Source: a bacterium (lineage in GTDB: Bacteria; UBA10199; JACPAL01; GCA-016699445). Taken from it: a DNA stretch of 64,000 nt. The DNA is taken from NCBI GenBank assembly GCA_036274695.1, contig DASUFF010000044.1, positions 484 to 64,483 on the forward strand, read 5' to 3'. This document shows positions 52,271 to 64,000 of this stretch, one piece after another. Position 1 is the first letter of the stretch; every line of letters begins with the position of its first letter. The translations under genes and the position numbers were made by a program. Below the pieces are notes generated by a model. It had not been told where the DNA came from. It saw only the letters and a program-made list of their open reading frames with translations, and did no database searches.

Positions 52271-53365
52271 ATGAAAAAAAATCCGACGCAAGTTTACCAG
52301 GTTGAAGTCACCGATCCCGCGAAGAAACGCGAGAAGAAGGAAATGCTTTCCGAGACGGTGAAGCCTGTCGATCTCGAGAAGACGAAAACCATCGCCGACC
52401 TGGTGGATTCCTTCAAGGACATGTCCATCCAGGCGCGCCGCATCGGGCGCTGCGCGGAAGTTTTGGACAACATGCTGACCGATCCCGAGCGTCCCACCGT
52501 TTTTCTCGGCATGGCCGGTCCTCTCGTGGCCGCGGGTCTGCGTAAAACGATCCGCGACATGATCCTCTCAGGCATGGTGGACGTTCTCGTTTCCACCGGC
52601 GCCATCCTTTATCAGGATTTTTATCAGGCACGCGGCTTTCAGCATTACAAGGGAACGCCGGACGCCGACGACGTGAAGCTGCGCGATCTCTACATCGACC
52701 GGATCTACGACACCTACGTCGACGAAGAGAAATTCTGGGAGACGGATTGCTGGATCGGCCAGTTCACCGACACGCTCCCTCCGGGCGTTTATTCCTCGCG
52801 CCTGTTTCTGGAGAAGCTGGGTCAGACGGTGAAGGACGACGGTTCGATCCTGGGGGCGGCGGTCAAGATGGGCATCCCGATCTTTTCCCCGGCCATCAAC
52901 GACTCCTCCATCGGCATCGGCTTGACCGAGCATTATCACCGCTGCGTGAAGGAAGGACGCGAGGGCGTCATCATCAATTCGATCCGCGACAACTACGAGC
53001 TTACCCAGTGCGTGGTGAAGTCCAAGAAGACGGCGGCCATCTATGTGGCCGGCGGCGTTCCCAAGAACTACATCAACGATTCCGTAGTGATGGGTTACAT
53101 CTTCAATAAGGACACCGGGGGGCACACCTACGCCCTCCAGATCACCACCGACGTCCCTCACTGGGGGGGCTTGTCCGGCAGCACGTTGGACGAGGCGACC
53201 TCTTGGGGCAAGATCGGGACGAAGGCGAACAAGGCGATGGCCTTCGTCGAGCCGTCGGTGGCGCTGCCGCTTTTGGTCGGTTACGCCCTTCAGAAGAACC
53301 TCGCAAAATCCAGAAAACCTCTTCAATTTTCGTGGGATAACGACATCCTCACCAGCCTCAAATAG
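52271..53365 (+). CDS. deoxyhypusine synthase-family protein (bacterial DHS/homospermidine synthase-like)
   Basis: VFLGMAGPLVAAGLR, VDVLVSTGA, SPAINDSSIG and the C-terminal EATSWGKI motif. An alternative start lies at 52343. Confidence 0.75.
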   Translation: MKKNPTQVYQVEVTDPAKKREKKEMLSETVKPVDLEKTKTIADLVDSFKDMSIQARRIGRCAEVLDNMLTDPERPTVFLGMAGPLVAAGLRKTIRDMILSGMVDVLVSTGAILYQDFYQARGFQHYKGTPDADDVKLRDLYIDRIYDTYVDEEKFWETDCWIGQFTDTLPPGVYSSRLFLEKLGQTVKDDGSILGAAVKMGIPIFSPAINDSSIGIGLTEHYHRCVKEGREGVIINSIRDNYELTQCVVKSKKTAAIYVAGGVPKNYINDSVVMGYIFNKDTGGHTYALQITTDVPHWGGLSGSTLDEATSWGKIGTKANKAMAFVEPSVALPLLVGYALQKNLAKSRKPLQFSWDNDILTSLK

Positions 53366-53385
53366 GGACGGGGCTACCCCCGTCC
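53366..53385 (+). terminator. GC hairpin ggacgggg-ctac-ccccgtcc after the DHS-like gene (no U-tract)
   Basis: Read directly from the sequence. Confidence 0.35.
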
Positions 53386-53440
53386 TCTGCACGGTCGTCT
53401 TGACACTTTCTTAACACTTCACGTAGGACCCCCTTCCACT

Positions 53441-55528
53441 GTGCCGAATTCTCAGCCGCCGGGGGGATATCTCCCAGAAAGCTTTTGGTCCCGACTTCGG
53501 CATAAGATTTTGGGGCCCCCTCGTAACGTCTACGATCCCTCCCTCGGCCATCACATTTCGCTGGTCCCCTTGCTCGCCTGGATCGGCTTGGGCGCCGACG
53601 GCATGTCCTCGTCGGCTTACGGTCCGGACGAGGCCTTCCGGGCGCTGGGGGCGCATACGTACCTGGCCCCTTTTCTGGTGTTGGCCACTTCGCTGACGAT
53701 CTTCATCATCTCCTTGTCCTACAGCAAGATCATCGAGCACTTTCCCCAGGGCGGCGGCGGATATCTGGTGGCCACGAAGCTGTTAGGCAACACGGCGGGT
53801 GTCGTCTCAGGCTGCGCCCTGCTGGTCGATTACATTTTGACCATCACCGTTTCGATTTCGGCGGGCGGCGACGCCGTCTTCAGCCTGCTCCCTTTGGAAT
53901 GGCAGCGCTTCAAGATCGCCGTCGAGTTCGTCACCATCCTGGTCTTGATGATCACGAATCTAAGGGGCGTGAAGGAATCGGTCAAAATGCTGATTCCCAT
54001 CTTCCTCCTCTTCCTGGTCACCCACGCCATCGTGATCGGAGGCAGCGTCTTCCTGCACTTGGGAGACGTCGGCGGCGTCGTCGCCGAGACGAGGCAGCGG
54101 TACGGGGAAGGCCTCTCGTCGCTCGGGGCCTGGGGTCTCTTCCTGGTCTTCATCCGCGCCTATTCCATGGGCGGCGGCACGTATACGGGAATCGAAGGCG
54201 TTTCGAACGGCATGGGCGTCCTCCGAGAGCCCAAGGTGGAGACCGGAAAGAAGACCATGGTCTACATGGCCGTCTCCCTGGCGGTGACGGCGGGCGGCTT
54301 GCTGCTGAGCTACATGCTGCTCCGGATCCATCCGGTCGAAGGGCAGACCTTGAACGCAACGCTCGCCACCGCTTTGTTCGGTTCCTTCGCGCCGGGCGGC
54401 GTTCCCATCGGCCACTGGTTCGTGTGGCTGACGATGTTCGCGGCGGCCCTTCTCCTTTTAGTCGCCGCCCAGACCGGTTTCATCGACGGGCCCCCCGTCA
54501 TGGCGAATTTGGCCTCCGACCTCTGGCTTCCCCGCCGTTTCGCGACGCTCTCCGACCGGTTGACGATCCAGCGCGGCGTCATCCTCATGGGCATCGCGGC
54601 CCTTGCGACGCTCGCCTACACGCGCGGCGACGTCCGGATGCTGGTGGTCATGTACTCGATCAACGTCTTCGTCACGTTCTCCCTCTCCCAACTCGGCATG
54701 TGCCGGTTCTGGGTGCAGAAGATGAAGGCCAGCCGGCGCTCGCCGTGGATGCGCAATTTGTTTCTCCACGGCATCGGCTTTGTGCTGTGCGCCGCCATCC
54801 TCCTGATGATGGTGGTCGAGAAGTTCATGGAGGGTGGCTGGGTGACGATCGCCGTCACCGCGGCCCTGATCCTGCTCTGCAAGGGGATCAAGAAGCATTA
54901 TCAGAACGTCGCCAAGCTGGTTCAGGAGATCGGAGAAACGTTCGAGGGCATCCCGATGGTCTCGAACGCCAAGGGGCCGGTGCCAAAGGTGGATCCGACC
55001 AAGCCGACGGCCGTGATCCTGGTGGGCGGCGGGCACAGCCGCATGGGCATCCACACGCTATTAACGATCTTTCGCCTGTTCCCTCACACTTTTCACAACG
55101 TCGTCTTCCTCTCCGTCGGCGTGATCAACTCCGAGTTCTTCAAGGGGGAGCACGGCATCCACGAGATGGAAAACAAGGTCAGGGAGTCCCTTCAGTTCTA
55201 CGTGGATCTGGCGCATGGTTTGGGTATTCCCGCCGAGTCCGCCCACCGGGTCGGCACGGACGTCGTCAGCGAGGCCGCCGACCTGTGCGTTCACGTTTCG
55301 CGCGAATATTCCGGCGCCGTCTTCTTCGGCAGCGAGCTCGTCTTCCAGGAGCCGCGCTGGTATCACCGTCTTCTGCACAACGAAACGGCCTACGCCATCC
55401 AGCGCCGCCTGCGTTTCGGGGGACTTTCCGTTGTCATTCTTCCCGTGCTTCTCTTCGACAAACCCGCAAAGCGCGAAGAAGAAGTGTCCGAGGTCATGGT
55501 CTACCGCGGCGTCAAACACCCCCACTGA
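53441..55528 (+). CDS. APC-superfamily permease with a roughly 220-aa cytoplasmic C-terminal domain
   Basis: About 12 TM segments with GADGMSSSAYGPDEA near TM1, then a soluble tail. GTG start. Confidence 0.7.
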   Translation: MPNSQPPGGYLPESFWSRLRHKILGPPRNVYDPSLGHHISLVPLLAWIGLGADGMSSSAYGPDEAFRALGAHTYLAPFLVLATSLTIFIISLSYSKIIEHFPQGGGGYLVATKLLGNTAGVVSGCALLVDYILTITVSISAGGDAVFSLLPLEWQRFKIAVEFVTILVLMITNLRGVKESVKMLIPIFLLFLVTHAIVIGGSVFLHLGDVGGVVAETRQRYGEGLSSLGAWGLFLVFIRAYSMGGGTYTGIEGVSNGMGVLREPKVETGKKTMVYMAVSLAVTAGGLLLSYMLLRIHPVEGQTLNATLATALFGSFAPGGVPIGHWFVWLTMFAAALLLLVAAQTGFIDGPPVMANLASDLWLPRRFATLSDRLTIQRGVILMGIAALATLAYTRGDVRMLVVMYSINVFVTFSLSQLGMCRFWVQKMKASRRSPWMRNLFLHGIGFVLCAAILLMMVVEKFMEGGWVTIAVTAALILLCKGIKKHYQNVAKLVQEIGETFEGIPMVSNAKGPVPKVDPTKPTAVILVGGGHSRMGIHTLLTIFRLFPHTFHNVVFLSVGVINSEFFKGEHGIHEMENKVRESLQFYVDLAHGLGIPAESAHRVGTDVVSEAADLCVHVSREYSGAVFFGSELVFQEPRWYHRLLHNETAYAIQRRLRFGGLSVVILPVLLFDKPAKREEEVSEVMVYRGVKHPH

Positions 55529-55630
55529 TCCGTATAAAAAGTAGGCTCTGCCTAAATTTGCGGCAGCGCTTCTTCCAAACATTCTGTCCAAAATTAATTA
55601 TATTTTAACCACTTGCGGCATGACGCATGA

Positions 55631-55646
55631 TGGCACGGACGTTGCA
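55631..55646 (+). promoter_or_regulatory. sigma-54 (-24/-12) promoter TGGCACGgacgTTGCA
   Basis: Perfect consensus, 70 nt upstream of the porin ATG. The upstream region carries two TTGCGGCA repeats (55556 and 55612 regions) separated by an AT-rich tract. Confidence 0.8.
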
Positions 55647-55716
55647 TATGGCCTCCTGACAAGAAAAGATTTTGGGGCAACGATTCATTTTCACTCATTC
55701 CTATAAGGAGGTCGTT

Positions 55717-56865
55717 ATGCAGAATCGCAGGAGTAGTCACACTCGCAGGGCGCTGGCGCTGGTGGCGATGGGGATCTTGGCCCTGTCTTCCACCGCGTTC
55801 GCGGAAGACGACAAGGGCTCGACGTCGTTCTGGGAAAAAACGAAGGTCACCGGATCCTTCGACGCGTCCTATAACTGGAACTTCAACAACCCGCCCTTAG
55901 GGGCCGCCGCCATTCCGTTCCGGGCCGGCGCCAACAACACGCTTCGCGTCTTCGACAACCAGCACAACAACTTCGAGTTCAACTTCGCGGAGGTGGCCAT
56001 CGAGAACTCCCCGGCCGATTGGGCGAAGTTCCGTCTCGACCTCAACTTCGGCGAAGACGTCGCCGTGGTCGATTCCCTCAAGGGCGGCGTCATCGGCATC
56101 GACGAGTTCGGCGTGCAGCAGGCCTACGCGGACCTGACGGCAAACGTCGGCAACGGCCTGACCTTCCGCGTCGGCCATTTCGTGACGCCGATCGGTTACG
56201 AGGTCATCGAGAGCGCGTACAACTTGAACTTCTCGCGCTCCATCCTCTTCGGCTTCGCCATCCCCTTCACCCACACAGGCGTTACGATGACCTATCCGTT
56301 CTCGGATAAGTTCACCGGCATGATCGGCGTGGTGAACGGCTGGGACGTGGTGGGCGACAACAACAAGGGCAAAACGATCCTGGGCCAGTTGGTCTACAAG
56401 CCCATCAACACGTTGACGTTGTCCTTGCAGGGAACCTTCGGTCCCGAGCAGGGCGGCTCCGACGGCAATCTGCGCGGCGTCATCGACTTCGTCGGGACGT
56501 GGACGCCGAACGACAAGTGGATCGTCGGTTTGAACTACGACTTGGGCAAGGAAGAAGGCATCGGTGGCGGCGGCTTCGCCAACTGGCAGGGCGTCGCAGG
56601 CTATGTCCACTTCAAGCCTTGGGACTCCGTGGGCTTCACGCTGCGCGGCGAGTTCTTCCAGGACGACGGATCGCGCCTGCTCCTGGGGCCGAGCGCGACG
56701 GTGGGCGAAGGCACGCTGACCACTCACTTCTACCTGAGCGACGGATGGGAGACCCGTATCGAGTTCCGTCATGACCAGGCGGACCGCGCGGCCTTCCTCA
56801 AGTCCGACGGAACGGGCCGCAAGTTCCAGGATACGATCGCGGCCGAAGTGGTCTACGCGTTCTAA
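55717..56865 (+). CDS. outer-membrane beta-barrel porin (OmpL/bbp2-like), amtB-associated
   Basis: Signal peptide ending STAFAEDD, alternating beta pattern and a terminal VVYAF. ggagg RBS. Confidence 0.65.
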   Translation: MQNRRSSHTRRALALVAMGILALSSTAFAEDDKGSTSFWEKTKVTGSFDASYNWNFNNPPLGAAAIPFRAGANNTLRVFDNQHNNFEFNFAEVAIENSPADWAKFRLDLNFGEDVAVVDSLKGGVIGIDEFGVQQAYADLTANVGNGLTFRVGHFVTPIGYEVIESAYNLNFSRSILFGFAIPFTHTGVTMTYPFSDKFTGMIGVVNGWDVVGDNNKGKTILGQLVYKPINTLTLSLQGTFGPEQGGSDGNLRGVIDFVGTWTPNDKWIVGLNYDLGKEEGIGGGGFANWQGVAGYVHFKPWDSVGFTLRGEFFQDDGSRLLLGPSATVGEGTLTTHFYLSDGWETRIEFRHDQADRAAFLKSDGTGRKFQDTIAAEVVYAF

Positions 56866-56899
56866 AACGACTTTAACGAACTTTTTTTAAGGAGAAGTT

Positions 56900-58327
56900 A
56901 TGTGGAATAAACTTAAGTCACTGGCAACGAGAAGGAATCTTTTCATCGCCGTGGTGGCCGCGGTCTTCGGAGCCGTATCCGCCCCGACGGCCGTCTACGC
57001 TCAAGACCTCGGATCCTTGAAGGTGGCAATGGATACGATGTGGACCCTCATCGCGGCCATGCTGGTCTTCTGGATGAACGCGGGATTCGCCCTTGTGGAA
57101 TCCGGTTTCTGCCGAGAAAAGAACTGCGTCAACATCCTGGCCAAGAACTTCATCGTTTTCGCAATCTCCTCCATCGCCTATTGGGTGATCGGGTACGGCC
57201 TGATGTACGGGAACGGAACCAGCTTTATGGGCACCGAAGGCCTCTGGTTTCTTTCGGGAGCCGACAACAGCCCGGCCACCGGCGAAGCCTATCAGGGAGC
57301 CTACTCGGCCTTAAGCTGGACCGGAGTTCCTCTGATGACCAAGTTCTTCTTTCAATTGGTCTTCGCGGGCACGGCGGCGACGATCGTCTCCGGCGCCGTG
57401 GCCGAACGCATCAAGTTCGTTTCCTTCATCGTCTTCTCGTTCCTCTTGGTCGGCATCATGTACCCGATCACGGGCCATTGGATCTGGGGCGGCGGTTGGC
57501 TCTCTTCCAAGGGCTTCTTCGACTTCGCCGGTTCGACGGTCGTTCACTCCATGGGCGGTTGGGCCGCTTTGGCCGGTATCCTGATGCTCGGCCCCCGGCA
57601 CGGCAAATATCGCGACGGCAAGATGTACCCGATTCCGGGACATAATATGTCCACCGCCACCCTCGGCGCCTTGATCCTATGGCTGGGCTGGTTCGGTTTT
57701 AATCCGGGTTCGACGATGGCTGCGGATGCTTCATTGATCGGCCATATCGCGGTCACCACGAACATGGCGGCCGCCGTAGCGACGTTGACCGCGACCATCA
57801 CGGCCTGGGTCCTTCTCGGCAAGCCCGACCTCGGAATGATCTTGAACGGAACGTTGGCCGGGCTGGTGGCCATCACAGCCCCTTGCGCCTGGGTGACACC
57901 TGCCGGCGCCCTGGCGATTGGGGCCGTTGCCGGCGTGATCGTCGTCTTGGCGGTCATGATGTTCGACAAGCTGAAAATCGACGATCCGGTCGGAGCCACC
58001 TCCGTCCATTTGGTCAACGGCATCTTCGGCACGTTGTGCGTCGGCCTTTTCGCCGCTCCCGGCCTCGCCGGTGGGAATGCGCAGCCGAAAATCGGGCTCT
58101 TCTATGGCGGTGGAGCGGAACAATTCGTCATTCAACTGATCGGCGTTGCAGCGGTCGGCGCGTTCACCTTCGTCATCTCGTTGGTGGGCTGGGCCCTCAT
58201 CAAGTACACGATCGGCATGCGCGTGAGCCTGGAGGAAGAAGTCGAAGGCCTGGATTTCGGAGAGCACGGAAACCGCGCTTATCCGGATTTCCAAACCGTC
58301 TCGTCGCAGGGACGCGCTGCGGCTTAA
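56900..58327 (+). CDS. amtB: ammonium transporter
   Basis: Amt signatures DFAGSTVVHSMGGWAALAG and DDPVGATSVHLVNGIFG. Confidence 0.93.
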   Translation: MWNKLKSLATRRNLFIAVVAAVFGAVSAPTAVYAQDLGSLKVAMDTMWTLIAAMLVFWMNAGFALVESGFCREKNCVNILAKNFIVFAISSIAYWVIGYGLMYGNGTSFMGTEGLWFLSGADNSPATGEAYQGAYSALSWTGVPLMTKFFFQLVFAGTAATIVSGAVAERIKFVSFIVFSFLLVGIMYPITGHWIWGGGWLSSKGFFDFAGSTVVHSMGGWAALAGILMLGPRHGKYRDGKMYPIPGHNMSTATLGALILWLGWFGFNPGSTMAADASLIGHIAVTTNMAAAVATLTATITAWVLLGKPDLGMILNGTLAGLVAITAPCAWVTPAGALAIGAVAGVIVVLAVMMFDKLKIDDPVGATSVHLVNGIFGTLCVGLFAAPGLAGGNAQPKIGLFYGGGAEQFVIQLIGVAAVGAFTFVISLVGWALIKYTIGMRVSLEEEVEGLDFGEHGNRAYPDFQTVSSQGRAAA

Positions 58328-58332
58328 ACTAA

Positions 58333-58683
<351 letters not shown>

Positions 58684-58811
58684 TGAACGAAAGAAGGTTC
58701 CCTTCTGAAGTGAACGGTACGTTCACGATTATCAGATGGGGTTTCAGGGGAGAGCAGTATCTCCCCTGACTAAGACGACTGCGAGCGGAGAGCATGCGAG
58801 TGGCTCTCTCA

Positions 58812-58853
58812 CACCAGGCCCCCACAATGGGGTGGGGGCCTGGTGCTTTTTTT
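58812..58853 (+). terminator. Rho-independent terminator (14-bp stem caccaggcccccac/gtgggggcctggtg + T7)
   Basis: Read directly from the sequence. Confidence 0.85.
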
Positions 58854-58910
58854 GTGAGCGATGCCCGCCAAACGGGCTTGCCCATGATCGAGGCATAAGA
58901 AGAGTCATAA

Positions 58911-59321
<411 letters not shown>

Positions 59322-59405
59322 GCTCTGGACACGCCCAAAAATGGCATGCTAGTTAGCTCAGGTTTTTTGAGTCGAAAACATACCCTATTTCAAGGAGGAG
59401 TAACG

Positions 59406-60827
59406 ATGACACCCAAAGAAGTCTTAGCTTTCGCCAAAGAAAACAAAGCGGCGATGGTGGATATCAAGTTCACCGACCTTCCCGGCACCTGGCAGCACTG
59501 GACCTGTCCGATCTCTCAGTTCTCCGAGGAAACTTTTACGAACGGTTACGCCTTCGACGGATCGTCCATCCGCGGCTGGCAGCCGATTAATGCGTCCGAC
59601 ATGGGAATGATCCCGGATCCGAAGAGCGCCCGGATGGATCCTTTCACCAAGGTTCCCACGCTCTCTCTGATCGCCGATATCGTGGATCCCATCACCAAAC
59701 AGCCGTACAGCCGCGATCCCCGCTACGTGGCTCGGAAAGCGGAAAATTACGTGAAGACGACGGGCATCGGGGACGCGATCAACTTCGGTCCGGAAGCCGA
59801 GTTCTTCGTTTTCGATTCCGTGTCCTACGATCAGACCGTCAATTCCGCCTGGCACAAGGTGGATTCCATCGAGGGCCGCTGGAATTCCGGCAAGGATACC
59901 CTTCCCGACGGATCCCGGAACTTGGGATATCAGCCGGCCTACAAGGGCGGTTATTATCCCGTCGCCCCGAACGATACCTTGGTCGATCTCCGCGCCGAGA
60001 TGTGTCTGGAGATGCAAAAGGTCGGCATGACCGTCGAAGCGCAGCACCACGAAGTGGCGACCGGCGGGCAGTGCGAAATCGACTTCCAGTTTTCGACTCT
60101 GACCGCCACGGCCGATAATTTGATGTGGTTTAAATACATCGTGAAGAACGTGGCCCGCCGCTACGGGAAGACGGTGACGTTCATGCCGAAGCCTCTCTTC
60201 GGAGACAACGGATCCGGCATGCATTGCCATCAGTCGATCTGGAAGGAAGGCAAGCCCCTGTTCGCCGGCGACAAGTATGGCGGACTGTCCGAGCTGGCCC
60301 TGCACTACATCGGCGGCGTGTTGAAGCATGCCCAGACGATCGCGGCCTTCACCAACCCGACGACGAACTCTTACCGCCGTCTGGTTCCCGGTTTCGAAGC
60401 CCCAGTCAATCTCGCCTACTCGGCCCGCAATCGTTCCGCCGCCGTCCGCATCCCCATCGTGAGCTCGCCGAAGGCCAAGCGCATCGAAGTCCGTTTCCCG
60501 GATCCGTCTTCCAACGGATACCTGGCTTTCGCGGCCATGTTGATGGCCGGTTTGGACGGCATTCAGAACCGGATTGATCCGGGATCGGCGCTTGAGAAGG
60601 ACATTTACTCGTTGTCTCCGGAAGAGCTGAAGAACGTTCCTCAGATGCCGGGCTCTTTGGAGCAGTCCCTCAACGCCTTGCGCAATGACCACGCCTTCTT
60701 GCTGAAGGGCGAAGTCTTTACGCCGGACTTGATCGAGAAGTGGCTCGAGTACAAGACCGATAACGAGCTCAACCCGATCCGTCTGCGCCCGGTTCCGCAC
60801 GAGTTCGCCTTGTACTTCGACATTTAA
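59406..60827 (+). CDS. glnA: glutamine synthetase, type I
   Basis: [39 protein letters not shown] and [12 protein letters not shown] motifs. aaggagg RBS. Confidence 0.95.
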   Translation: MTPKEVLAFAKENKAAMVDIKFTDLPGTWQHWTCPISQFSEETFTNGYAFDGSSIRGWQPINASDMGMIPDPKSARMDPFTKVPTLSLIADIVDPITKQPYSRDPRYVARKAENYVKTTGIGDAINFGPEAEFFVFDSVSYDQTVNSAWHKVDSIEGRWNSGKDTLPDGSRNLGYQPAYKGGYYPVAPNDTLVDLRAEMCLEMQKVGMTVEAQHHEVATGGQCEIDFQFSTLTATADNLMWFKYIVKNVARRYGKTVTFMPKPLFGDNGSGMHCHQSIWKEGKPLFAGDKYGGLSELALHYIGGVLKHAQTIAAFTNPTTNSYRRLVPGFEAPVNLAYSARNRSAAVRIPIVSSPKAKRIEVRFPDPSSNGYLAFAAMLMAGLDGIQNRIDPGSALEKDIYSLSPEELKNVPQMPGSLEQSLNALRNDHAFLLKGEVFTPDLIEKWLEYKTDNELNPIRLRPVPHEFALYFDI

Positions 60828-60855
60828 TAGGCGCGCTCGGTTCGTATCGCTTTGA

Positions 60856-60892
60856 AAAGCCCCGGGATTTCCCATCCCGGGGCTTTCGCTTT
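60856..60892 (+). terminator. terminator hairpin aaagccccggga-tttccca-tcccggggcttt followed by a T-rich tail
   Basis: Read directly from the sequence. Confidence 0.65.
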
Positions 60893-60904
60893 CGGCTCCC
60901 GCCT

Positions 60905-60933
60905 TTGACAACAACGGGGGTTTCCTCTACATT
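60905..60933 (+). promoter_or_regulatory. sigma-70 promoter TTGACA-N17-TACATT
   Basis: Read directly from the sequence, 30 nt upstream of the ATG at 60964. Confidence 0.6.
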
Positions 60934-60963
60934 CAACCTCCCTAAATCAAGGAGATGAACGTC

Positions 60964-63304
<2,341 letters not shown>

Positions 63305-63320
63305 TCTCGGAGGATGTTCC

Positions 63321-63770
63321 ATGGGTTTGAAAAGCGGACAGCCGGCGCCCGACTTTTTCCTTAAGGACCAGAACGGCGCCGTCGTCCGGCTGTCCGATTT
63401 CAAGGGCAAGCCGCTCGTCCTCTACTTCTATCCCAAGGACGACACGCCGGGCTGCACGGCCGAGGCCTGCACCTTCCGGGACAGTTTCGAGGTTTTCACC
63501 GACGCGGGGGCGGCCGTCGTGGGCATCAGCTCCGATTCCCCGGAATCGCACAAACAGTTCGCGAAGAAAAACAAGCTTCCCTTCAAACTGCTCAGCGACG
63601 AGGACGAAAGCGTCAAAAAGGCCTACGGCGTCTACACGATGATGGGCCTTTGGTCCGGCCGCGTGACGTTCGTGATCGACGGAAAGGGCGTCGTCCGGCA
63701 CGTCTTTTCTTCTCAGTTCCAGCCGAAAAAACACGTCGACGAGGCGCTAGAGGTGCTGAAGCATCTCTGA
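63321..63770 (+). CDS. bcp: thioredoxin-dependent peroxiredoxin (Bcp type)
   Basis: FYPKDDTPGCTAEAC motif. An in-frame upstream ATG at 63240 would add a lipoprotein-type signal peptide. Confidence 0.9.
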   Translation: MGLKSGQPAPDFFLKDQNGAVVRLSDFKGKPLVLYFYPKDDTPGCTAEACTFRDSFEVFTDAGAAVVGISSDSPESHKQFAKKNKLPFKLLSDEDESVKKAYGVYTMMGLWSGRVTFVIDGKGVVRHVFSSQFQPKKHVDEALEVLKHL

Positions 63771-64000
63771 GAGGCGGTTGAGGCTGACTTCCAGATCGGC
63801 CGCCACCTGCTCCGATCCGTGCATGTTCCTGGTCCGGCCCATCGTCTCCAGCAACGACGCTCCCGCGTAGGCCTCCTCGAATCGGAAATTCCCGATGCTG
63901 CCTCTCAGGGCGTGGGCCGCCTTTTCCAGACGGGAGGCGTCCCGGCGCTCGACCGCTTCCCGGATTTCGTTTTGGAGGCGCTGCCGGTCCTCTTCGAAGA
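63747..64000 (-). CDS. Hpt (histidine phosphotransfer) domain protein, C-terminal part (5' end beyond window)
   Basis: Hand translation of the minus strand gives ...RLEKAAHALRGSIGNFRFEEAYAGASLLE... (HxLKGS-type Hpt motif), ending ...LSEMLQHL at the stop at 63747-63749. Confidence 0.6.
   Translation of the reverse strand, partial: FEEDRQRLQNEIREAVERRDASRLEKAAHALRGSIGNFRFEEAYAGASLLETMGRTRNMHGSEQVAADLEVSLNRLSEMLQHL

Noticed and set aside
58684-58730. Possible glutamine (glnA-type) riboswitch, because of CGTTCAC/GTGAACG elements near nitrogen genes
   Set aside because: I could not find the conserved GGAAGUAGG/AAGGAACG core on either strand. The resemblance is limited to the CGUUCA hexamer.
59342-59358. 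Sigma-54-like sequence TGGCATGctagTTAGCT upstream of glnA
   Set aside because: The -12 element reads TTAG, and the GC dinucleotide is displaced by one position. glnA is more likely co-transcribed with glnB from the 58942 promoter, possibly with a weak internal promoter.

Overview
64-kb chromosomal segment from a high-GC diderm bacterium. The content looks deltaproteobacterial or myxobacterial: Myxococcus-type Cys-rich repeats, delta-60 repeats and many sigma-54 promoters. That lineage call is inference only. I support about 70 protein genes and one tRNA-Pro(CGG). I found no rRNA, CRISPR array, transposase or integrase. Many long ORFs in the six-frame track are GC-driven shadow frames and are not called. 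Housekeeping blocks are priA-def-fmt-rpe (minus strand), a nitrogen block (sigma-54 promoter, porin, amtB, glnK, terminator, sigma-54 promoter, glnB, glnA) and dsbA-like/serS/bcp. Points worth a second look: (1) a lower-GC island at about 23.2-28.0 kb with four consecutive -24/-12 (sigma-54) promoters in front of a coiled-coil protein, a CmcI-type methyltransferase, an exported protein translationally coupled to a B12-type radical SAM enzyme, and an HTH protein with a perfect operator palindrome; (2) a DUF559 endonuclease-like gene bracketed by inverted copies of a GC-rich palindromic element that also occurs solo 2.3 kb upstream; (3) a tatA / helical protein / PhaR-like / double ArsA(Get3)-type ATPase operon; (4) a second B12 radical SAM enzyme with a C-terminal STAS-like extension, divergent from a sigma-70 family gene across a 750-nt spacer; (5) a compact AstA-like / amidinotransferase-fold / M20 cluster; (6) an MFS / PFOR-like-DHOD-like fusion / CBS operon; (7) a DUF2339-DUF3999 pair; (8) a multi-hairpin glnK 3' region. 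All functional calls rest on motif recognition by eye. No database search was run.
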